Of a DNA stretch of 36,459 nt, positions 18,829-25,425 are shown in pieces. Under the pieces are notes generated by a model. It saw nothing but the letters and a program-made list of their open reading frames with translations, did not search any database and was not told the origin of the DNA. The DNA is from a virus (Duplodnaviria; Caudoviricetes). The stretch lies in IMG/VR virus record IMGVR_UViG_3300020379_000405, positions 1 through 36,459 of that record. One strand, written 5' to 3'. The translations under genes and the position numbers were made by a program. Position 1 is the stretch's first letter; each line of letters opens with the position of its first letter.

Positions 18829-19610
18829 GGGCGTCACCCACGGTAGGGCTGTGGGTCGGGCTACTCGTGAATCAAGCCCCGACGAAGAGAAAGGGATGTC
18901 GTGTCTTGACCGCAAGGGCGAGTATCCCTGACGCTTTCGCCGTCTCGGCGACCACGGAGTGATCCGTGGACGATCACGTTCGTATCATTCGTGGGTTGTG
19001 CTGATTGTGTGATCAGCGCCTACCCAGAGATTTGATTGGCTCATATAAAGGAGCGTCTGTCGTAAAACGAGAAAGGGAAAGGGCCTCGTTTTACAAACCC
19101 ACAATAACCCGACGAGGAGCCAAGACAAATCTCCTCAACTTCCTTCGCAAGTGGGCAACTTGTCGTCGGGCCTTTTACAAACTAGCACCTATTCGCACAA
19201 CTCCAGCTATGCCGATCCGAGAACATATAATCGGAATCGACATAGCCGAAGCAATGCTCACCCCTTCGTAGTCCTCAACTTATTAAGCGATCAAACGAAG
19301 GGGCACTCCCCCAGTCAAGTGACAGACCCTTCTTGCAACACGAATCTCCGCACGTCGGGCCAAACAATGCCAACCAGCATCCACTATCAGACCACCCCCT
19401 CGTGGGTGCGGAGACTGCCGACCCGTCCTATATCTCTTTTATTGTGTCGTTGCCTTACGGTTCGTGTTGCTTTTATGTTACAAAACAAAGGGCAAGGGCG
19501 TTTTGTAACATAAAACCAGAGAGGGCGAAACCAAGAGCGTGTTTCGGACACTTGACAGGGGGAGTTCCGGCGCTTCTTCGTAAAAGACCCGAAGGCAAGT
19601 CGGTCATCGG
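18829..19610. ncRNA. Candidate large multi-domain structured RNA or ssDNA element upstream of the first early gene
   Basis: More than 15 stems, including a 16-bp perfect stem and a long-range 19305-19321/19549-19565 pairing. No ORF with a credible product. Confidence 0.5.
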
Positions 19611-19633
19611 GCATAAACCAAAGGATGAGACTA

Positions 19634-20758
19634 ATGGAATCCAACATTGAGCGTATCAAAGCAAAGCGAGCAATGTCAGCAGCACGGCGAGAGCAAGAAG
19701 CCGCACATCTTAAAGAATGGACTGAAGCCTTTAACGGGATCGAGCTTGGAGGTGATGTGACCGCTAGTTTTCAGCCCTCAGATCCAGAGGCGACAGACAA
19801 CGCAGCGGCTACAGACGCTAGAGCTAACACGTTTCTCGCTAAATACGTTGACATCTTTGCAGACGTTGACACCAAGCGGCCAGTTATCGAACCCGCACAC
19901 CCCGCTTTAATCCGGCAGTACATGGCGGTCGAAGTCAACCTAGGTATCTCGAAGTTTGAGGATAGTACGGACCGGTGGCTACCCGGCGCTCGTTCACTAC
20001 TTAACTCAGCACCCACTCAGGAAACCTTGGTGCAACTGGCGCATCGGTACAACTCGCATATCTTCGGCGTCTCCCAGTATCTCGATAGGGATGTCAAGGC
20101 GGAACTGAAGCGTACCGGACGTTGGAAAGATGCGCTCTATCCCGAAGCTGACAATAGCCGAGTGGTACTGCCCTTCTGGAATGGCATCGATTCGTACTAC
20201 GGCACCACGGGTGGATTGACAATCGCACCTTATGAGAAGTCTAACCAGACTAACGGGTGGCGTTATATGAATTGTTCTTACCCCAACGGCGACAACAGCG
20301 TAACATCCACAATCTTCCTCTTCGGTCCAGCACCTAAGGGGTACGAGGCGCTTGGGGCAACTCCTCAGCAGCGTCGCTGGCAACCCACGCTTTACGCAGT
20401 AAGGCAGGTCACCTCCGAAACTCAGACATTCAATGAGTACTTTGTCGGCGGTATGGAAGCGTTACTCGCTCTAATGGCTGACGATAAAAGCGGGTCGGCT
20501 ACTTGGGAGGCAGACAGAGATGCTCGCAAACTGCAACAGGAGAAAGCAGCTTGGCAGGCAGCAGGTGTTGATGTCAGCAGTCTGCAAGAAACCCCAGAGA
20601 TCGCAGCACAAAAAGCGTTAGCAAAGGTCAACGCATCTCTCACACTGGCTGACTTAACGGCAGAGGAAGCTGAAGCCTTAGTAAGCATCGACGCAGAATT
20701 CGCAGAAAGGGAGGCTGAAATCGATAGGCGGATAGCCCTAAATCAACTAGATAGCTAG
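19634..20758 (+). CDS. Orphan first early protein (~374 aa)
   Basis: Long ORF with its own terminator. AAGGA SD favours ATG 19634 (track start 19625). Helical, charged N- and C-termini flank an aromatic-rich core; no motif recognised. Confidence 0.8.
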   Translation: MESNIERIKAKRAMSAARREQEAAHLKEWTEAFNGIELGGDVTASFQPSDPEATDNAAATDARANTFLAKYVDIFADVDTKRPVIEPAHPALIRQYMAVEVNLGISKFEDSTDRWLPGARSLLNSAPTQETLVQLAHRYNSHIFGVSQYLDRDVKAELKRTGRWKDALYPEADNSRVVLPFWNGIDSYYGTTGGLTIAPYEKSNQTNGWRYMNCSYPNGDNSVTSTIFLFGPAPKGYEALGATPQQRRWQPTLYAVRQVTSETQTFNEYFVGGMEALLALMADDKSGSATWEADRDARKLQQEKAAWQAAGVDVSSLQETPEIAAQKALAKVNASLTLADLTAEEAEALVSIDAEFAEREAEIDRRIALNQLDS

Positions 20759-20763
20759 CACAG

Positions 20764-20806
20764 AGGGGAGCGGTCGGTCCATTAGGGCTGGTCGCTCCCC
20801 TTTTTT
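20764..20806 (+). terminator. Intrinsic terminator
   Basis: AGGGGAGCGGTCGGTCC-atta-GGGCTGGTCGCTCCCCT followed by a T run, 5 nt after the stop. Confidence 0.85.
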
Positions 20807-20835
20807 GGCGCAAGCTTCCAAAGGTTCTACCCACC

Positions 20836-20981
20836 TCCAGCGTAACGCCGCTGGACCACTTGCAACGTAACGCCGTTGCATCACTAAAACATTCCCGCTC
20901 CGCTCGGGATCGAGAACGATCTCGATACATCGTCGGGGTTTCGCCCCCGAACGACGAGCAGCGTAGCGCCGCTGCACCACT
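20836..20981. repeat. Three copies of the hairpin motif CARCG-TARCGC-CGYTG-NA-YCACT
   Basis: Copies at 20836-20860, 20861-20885 and 20958-20981, with compensatory stem changes. Confidence 0.85.
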
Positions 20982-21052
20982 TACAAAATCCCAAACCCGG
21001 GGATTTTGGGAGGGTCACTATCAGATTCTGTAATACGACCTTAGGAGGTCAA

Positions 21053-21520
21053 ATGAAAAAGATAAAGATAACATTAGCAATAGTTACAGCCTTGTTTGCT
21101 GGCTATCTGATTAGTTTTTCGTTTCCAAACGAGGAACCTGCAAATGTAGAAACACGTCGTGTAATTGACGGTGACACGTTCGTAGCTGATATCGATGGGA
21201 TCATCGAGACTGTTCGGCTTATTGGTATCGATGCGCCTGAATTGGGTACATGTTATTCGGTTCAGTCGTCAGAGTTACTCGCTAGGTTGATGTTCCGTGA
21301 TGACATCTGGCTTGCGTATGGTCCAGAGAAGCGTGATCCGTATGGGCGTCTGCTTGCGTATGCGTTCCATGAGGATGGTACGTTTGTGAATTTAGAAATG
21401 GCTAAACGTGGTGCCGCAGAGGTAATGACGATTAGTCCGAATAGCGAGTATGCCAGTTTGATTGGTGAGGCTCGTGATGAAGCAGCTATCGCAAAACGTG
21501 GTGGCTGGAGCAACTGTTAG
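21053..21520 (+). CDS. Thermonuclease (SNase family) with N-terminal signal/membrane anchor
   Basis: Motifs RVIDGDT, VRLIGIDAPE, DPYGRLLAY and VNLEM; AGGAGG SD. Confidence 0.92.
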   Translation: MKKIKITLAIVTALFAGYLISFSFPNEEPANVETRRVIDGDTFVADIDGIIETVRLIGIDAPELGTCYSVQSSELLARLMFRDDIWLAYGPEKRDPYGRLLAYAFHEDGTFVNLEMAKRGAAEVMTISPNSEYASLIGEARDEAAIAKRGGWSNC

Positions 21521-21529
21521 AAAGGGGAC

Positions 21530-21682
21530 ATGATGTCCAAAAGCGTACTTAACAATTCTACGTGGAAAACACTTCCACTCAACCGTATTGGCTCAACGGC
21601 ACAAGTTGACCGGTGGGACAAAATGGTTCAGACCTTAGCTGTCGAACGTCGGCAACAATGGAAAACAAAAAGAAGTATCTAG
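21530..21682 (+). CDS. Hypothetical protein, 50 aa (MMSKSVLNNSTWKTLPL...)
   Basis: Translated by hand; GAAAGGGG RBS; fills the gap between the nuclease and SSB genes. Confidence 0.6.
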   Translation: MMSKSVLNNSTWKTLPLNRIGSTAQVDRWDKMVQTLAVERRQQWKTKRSI

Positions 21683-21694
21683 GAGGTACTTACA

Positions 21695-22012
21695 ATGGAA
21701 AATGCAACAATCACAATTTGTGGCAACTATGGAAAAGATCCTGAACTGCGTTACGGCGCTGCTTCTGGTAAACCTTTCCTTAATATGCCTGTAGCTGTTA
21801 CTTCAGGTACAAAAGAAAAGCCTAAGACTAGCTGGTTTGATGTGAAGTTCTTTGAGGAGCAAGCATGTCAAATGGCGGAGTTACCGAAAGGTACTCGTGT
21901 AATTATTACAGGCAATCTTCGTCAAGATACATATGAAGATGCTGATGGCAAAACGCAATACCGGACCGTTGTGTACGCACAGGAAGCTGGTTTGAGCTTG
22001 CGTTGGAGCTAA
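21695..22012 (+). CDS. ssb: Single-stranded DNA-binding protein, no acidic tail
   Basis: ITICGNYGKDPELRY...TSWFDVKFF...KGTRVIITGNLRQDTYE; ends LSLRWS. Confidence 0.88.
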   Translation: MENATITICGNYGKDPELRYGAASGKPFLNMPVAVTSGTKEKPKTSWFDVKFFEEQACQMAELPKGTRVIITGNLRQDTYEDADGKTQYRTVVYAQEAGLSLRWS

Positions 22013-22018
22013 AGGTTT

Positions 22019-22099
22019 AGAGTCGGCAGACTGTCCTACGTGTGATACGTGTTGCCTACCAACAGGTAGGTGGACTGACCGTAGGGATCTGCCGACTCT
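22019..22099 (+). promoter_or_regulatory. Long intergenic stem-loop (RNase III-type processing or attenuator candidate)
   Basis: AGAGTCGGCAGA/TCTGCCGACTCT 12-bp perfect stem with inner CCTACG/CGTAGG and CCTACC/GGTAGG; no U-tail. Confidence 0.55.
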
Positions 22100-22175
22100 T
22101 CGCCCCCACTTAGTTGGGTTTTACACCATTCAGTAATAAAACCATTCCGTAATAAAACCAAAGGAGATAATTGTT

Positions 22176-22430
22176 ATGAAGAAACTTACTAGTGCAGAAG
22201 CTATTCTGCGTCATCTCGAAACTGTGCGTGCTAACCGCCTGTCTTCGATTATGTCTACCGATACGTTGTTGGATGAGTTGATTAAACATATTGAGCATGA
22301 TCTGGAAGAGATGCTTGATGATATGTACCGTGAGTCGCAGGAGCGTGCTCGTCAGATTGAGATACAGCTTGATGATGCGTACGGTGATACCGACAAGTTC
22401 GGTGATGTGATTGCTGGAGGTAGTTTCTGA
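22176..22430 (+). CDS. Hypothetical protein (84 aa)
   Basis: AAGGAG RBS; coupled to the next gene. Confidence 0.7.
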   Translation: MKKLTSAEAILRHLETVRANRLSSIMSTDTLLDELIKHIEHDLEEMLDDMYRESQERARQIEIQLDDAYGDTDKFGDVIAGGSF

Positions 22431-22630
22431 TGGCGGCTAAGTGTAAGGGGAAGCCGTCTGCTAATCAGTATGGTAATGGTTGCCGGTGTGATGATTGTCG
22501 TGCTGCTTGGCGTGTGCATCAGGAGGAGCAGCGTGTGACTGCTCGTAAGAAGTCTGTTAGTCGTGATCGTCCTGTTGTTTATGCTGATGCTTTTACTCGT
22601 GAGGAAATCTTGCGTGCGAGAGGGATGTAA
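22430..22630 (+). CDS. Small Zn-binding-type protein (Y..GCRC..CR motif)
   Basis: QYGNGCRCDDCRAAW, a motif frequent in actinophage small proteins; GGAGG RBS. Confidence 0.7.
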   Translation: MAAKCKGKPSANQYGNGCRCDDCRAAWRVHQEEQRVTARKKSVSRDRPVVYADAFTREEILRARGM

Positions 22631-22962
22631 TGAATCTTTGGTTGGTTATTTGGTCGATACTTGATTTCGCTGCGATCAACCACGAGCCACCTAATCCTGA
22701 AGTTGCACCGATTGTGTGTGAATACTTTGCGGATGATTGTGTGGATGCGTTGGGGATAGCGTGGTGTGAGTCGTTACATAATCCACGGGCGTATAACGGT
22801 GCGGATCATGGCTTGTTTCAGATTAATAAGTACTTTTGGTATGAAGTTTTTAAAGATAAGTGGGCTGACAGGTTTGATGTTGAACAGTCCACTCGCTTTG
22901 CGTTCTACATTGTGGAACATACCGAGTTGAAGTGGCTGCTTTGGACTTGTGGTCGCTACTAG
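22630..22962 (+). CDS. Lysozyme-like/lytic transglycosylase domain protein
   Basis: IAWCES (catalytic Glu), NPRAYN, GLFQIN, C-terminal W..W.C; hydrophobic N-terminus. Confidence 0.8.
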   Translation: MNLWLVIWSILDFAAINHEPPNPEVAPIVCEYFADDCVDALGIAWCESLHNPRAYNGADHGLFQINKYFWYEVFKDKWADRFDVEQSTRFAFYIVEHTELKWLLWTCGRY

Positions 22963-22991
22963 AACGTGACTCTTCGGATGCTTAATCCCGC

Positions 22992-23037
22992 ATAAACACT
23001 GGCTCAAAGGAGTTATTGTGTTTATTGTTGGTACAAT
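22992..23037 (+). promoter_or_regulatory. Hairpin (22992-23025) followed by extended -10 TGGTACAAT (23029-23037)
   Basis: ATAAACAC/GTGTTTAT and TGGCTC/GAGTTA stems, then TGnTACAAT. Confidence 0.6.
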
Positions 23038-23058
23038 ATACTGAAGGGTCGCAAGAAA

Positions 23059-23124
23059 GGGAGAGGGGATGTGCTCGTACGGGTAACCAGAGCAACGATT
23101 AGGACGTAGAGCATCCTCTCTCCT
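23059..23124 (+). ncRNA. Leader RNA motif, copy 1
   Basis: 28-nt core identical to 24416-24443, enclosed by a ~13-bp stem; upstream of the RBS of ORF 23150. Confidence 0.65.
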
Positions 23125-23149
23125 GAAGATCTCAAATGAAAGGGAAACC

Positions 23150-23401
23150 ATGAGAAAAATAACAGTTAATACAACTGTTCAAAATGAAGTATGTGAAGAA
23201 CGACGCTCATTAGAGTTTGACAATGTTCGTTCTGCATCTGTGTTTATGAATACAGACGAAGTTGTTTGGACATCTAATGATCGTTTTACTTCATGGAGTA
23301 TGGGTCTTGGAACATTGGTTATCCATGACATCACCGAAGAACAAATGCTTGCACTTGTAAAAAGCATTACAACTGAGTTAGATAAACCAAAAGGAGAATA
23401 A
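23150..23401 (+). CDS. Hypothetical protein (83 aa)
   Basis: GAAAGGG RBS; TAATG-coupled to DUF932. Confidence 0.7.
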   Translation: MRKITVNTTVQNEVCEERRSLEFDNVRSASVFMNTDEVVWTSNDRFTSWSMGLGTLVIHDITEEQMLALVKSITTELDKPKGE

Positions 23402-24405
23402 TGTCACATCGAATGACAGGGCTTGATGCTCAACATGCTTTGTACGCAAAGACACCTTGGCATCGGCTAGGCAACGTCGGACCTATCGACTGGGAGAAAG
23501 CTCGTGATGCTTTTGACTGGTGCGAAGTGGTGCGACATCCAATACATATTGAGCATGATGAGATAGGAGTTATTCTTGAAGGCAGAAATGTCTTAAAGAT
23601 GGTCAACTATCCACATGCTTATGCCGAAGTAAGTGACCGGTATCAAATAGTTCAGCATCGTTTTATGGCTGATGACTTAACTGGAATGCTCATTGATACT
23701 GGACTTGTAGAAACTATTGAATCAGTTGGTACCTATGACAATGGTGCTGTTGGTTATGTGTCTCTAAAGTTCAAGGATGACATAGTTATTCCGGGTTGGT
23801 CGAAGGTCGAGTCGATATTTAATATCGGTAATGGACATGACCGTAAGGTTCCGTTGATCGCTACTCAATCAGCTACTGCTGTTGTGTGTTCTAATACGTT
23901 TAAGTGGAACATCTTGGATAAGGAAGCTGTCTTCAAGTTTAAGAAGATGGGTGATCCGCAAGGGATGATGCACGAAGCTGTTGAACAGTTGTGTGCAGGC
24001 TATGAACGTCACACAGAATACGCTGCACAAATTGAGCGGATGGCTAATCAAGAGTTTGTTGATGAGGAATGGGATCAGTTAGTTGAGACTCTTATTGGTA
24101 CTGGACCAGAAGAACCGTGGTGGAATAGCAATACCCAATCACATCAGGGTTATCACAATCAGCTAACTCGTTGGCGACATCTGAAAACAGATTTGAACCA
24201 CAGATTTCGTCGTGACGAAGATATAGCTGGTGTGCGTAACACTAGATGGGGTGCACTCATGGCTGTTCAAGCATGGGAGCAGAAAGATAAAGCAGTTAAA
24301 GGTGTTAAGAGCAGCCTTGAACGTACTCGTAGGCATCAAGCCAACGTGATGTTTGGGAAGCTACCGATGACTGAGAAGGCTGCCAAGATTCTGGTAGCTA
24401 ACTAA
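23401..24405 (+). CDS. DUF932 family protein (phage/plasmid LGT_TIGR03299-like)
   Basis: TPWHRLG, VSDRYQIVQH, ESVG, NGHD, VVCSNT and TRWGALMAV are the family motifs, in order. Confidence 0.85.
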   Translation: MSHRMTGLDAQHALYAKTPWHRLGNVGPIDWEKARDAFDWCEVVRHPIHIEHDEIGVILEGRNVLKMVNYPHAYAEVSDRYQIVQHRFMADDLTGMLIDTGLVETIESVGTYDNGAVGYVSLKFKDDIVIPGWSKVESIFNIGNGHDRKVPLIATQSATAVVCSNTFKWNILDKEAVFKFKKMGDPQGMMHEAVEQLCAGYERHTEYAAQIERMANQEFVDEEWDQLVETLIGTGPEEPWWNSNTQSHQGYHNQLTRWRHLKTDLNHRFRRDEDIAGVRNTRWGALMAVQAWEQKDKAVKGVKSSLERTRRHQANVMFGKLPMTEKAAKILVAN

Positions 24406-24409
24406 ATCT

Positions 24410-24474
24410 GAGGGAGGATGTGCTCGTACGGGTAACCAGAGCAGGGCTTTGTATCCCTTCATGCATCCTCCCTC
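24410..24474 (+). ncRNA. Leader RNA motif, copy 2
   Basis: Same 28-nt core; closing stem GAGGGAGGATG/CATCCTCCCTC; upstream of the AAGGAG RBS of ORF 24505. Confidence 0.65.
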
Positions 24475-24504
24475 TTCAGTTCTTACAAATAAAGGAGAAA
24501 AGAA

Positions 24505-24774
24505 ATGAGTATAGAAGCAACAGTAAACATAGATACACGGGAGCTAGCTGACGATGGAACTTTCTGTGACATCGTTGGTGACATCGCTGCTGATGTAATC
24601 CGTGACAGCGGCGAGGTAGAACACATCGTCACTAGCACAATAGAAAACGATATTGGTTACCACATCTCAACGTATCTGGAAGACAACCCAGTGCTTGACC
24701 CTGATGATGATGCTTTCATTAACGCTGTAGCTAAAGCCATGTTAAATATGGCTCGTAGCTATGTCGGAGAGTAG
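24505..24774 (+). CDS. Acidic hypothetical protein (89 aa)
   Basis: AAAGGAG RBS; Asp/Glu-rich. Confidence 0.7.
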   Translation: MSIEATVNIDTRELADDGTFCDIVGDIAADVIRDSGEVEHIVTSTIENDIGYHISTYLEDNPVLDPDDDAFINAVAKAMLNMARSYVGE

Positions 24775-25135
24775 CGGTAAGCAGCAGCGTGATATTGGGA
24801 TGGCACGAGTAGTTACGGCTGCTCGTCCATCCCAGAAAGCTGCTGCCAAACATGCGATAGCTAAGGTGTGTCGTACGACAGCGCCACATAACTCGTGGAC
24901 TACTGATGAAGTTCATGCTGTGTTAGAAGAAATGAATGTCAAGTTAGATAATGCACGGTTGCTTGGTCCGTTGATGAAGCAAGCACAGAAGGCTGGTTTG
25001 ATTGAGCCTGTTGTGTGTGATGGATGTCAACGTCAAGAGACTCGGTTGTCTCGACGTAAGAAACGTCATGCTGGTCCGCAGTATCTGTGGCGTACCACAC
25101 CTGATTATTACTACGAGTATTGGAAAGAGGATTAA
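24761..25135 (+). CDS. Putative winged-helix DNA-binding protein (124 aa)
   Basis: WTTDEV...RLLGPLMKQAQKAGLI...SRR..RH....LWR pattern of a common phage family, with an inserted CxxC. Confidence 0.55.
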   Translation: MSESSGKQQRDIGMARVVTAARPSQKAAAKHAIAKVCRTTAPHNSWTTDEVHAVLEEMNVKLDNARLLGPLMKQAQKAGLIEPVVCDGCQRQETRLSRRKKRHAGPQYLWRTTPDYYYEYWKED

Positions 25136-25272
25136 TGAAAAAGGTAAATGGTATTTGGGAAATCTGGGTAGGCAACGAGTGTTGTTGGATTACTGATGAT
25201 GGTCAAGCTCATTATGATTTGAAGTCTGCCGAGAAACGTAAGCAAGAATTGGAGAGAAGAAATGTATCTTAG
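25135..25272 (+). CDS. Hypothetical protein, 45 aa (MKKVNGIWEIWVGNECC...)
   Basis: Translated by hand; TAATG overlap and GAGG RBS. Confidence 0.6.
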   Translation: MKKVNGIWEIWVGNECCWITDDGQAHYDLKSAEKRKQELERRNVS

Positions 25273-25399
25273 TGATGACCCACCCGACGATCCTTATGCA
25301 GATTTGAGTGAAGAAGAATATGAAGAAATGCTCGAAGCTAGAGAGGCTGCTGAATCAGCTTATTGGGATCGCCGCGTTGATGAAGCCCGAGGAAATTGA
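25262..25399 (+). CDS. Acidic hypothetical protein, 45 aa (MYLSDDPPDDPYADLSEEEYEEML...)
   Basis: Translated by hand; GGAG upstream; fills the gap. Confidence 0.6.
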   Translation: MYLSDDPPDDPYADLSEEEYEEMLEAREAAESAYWDRRVDEARGN

Positions 25400-25425
25400 T
25401 AAACTCGGGTTAGAAATGGAGAGCA

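Noticed and set aside
18494-19659. Short ORFs in the central region (18494-, 18576-, 19005+, 19151+, 19333+, 19387-)
   Set aside because: They overlap each other, have no convincing RBS, and reflect low-complexity or hairpin sequence. A small peptide cannot be fully excluded.
19305-20758. Retron, IS200/605 guide-RNA or HUH Rep element
   Set aside because: The ORF lacks YxDD, RuvC/HNH and HUH motifs that I can identify; kept only as an architectural analogy.
20836-20981. Mini-CRISPR array
   Set aside because: The first two copies abut with no spacer, the third is 72 nt away, and the copies vary by stem covariation rather than being identical.
23059-23124. Known self-cleaving ribozyme
   Set aside because: No hammerhead CUGANGA/GAAA core on either strand, and I could not fit HDV or twister pairings by eye.
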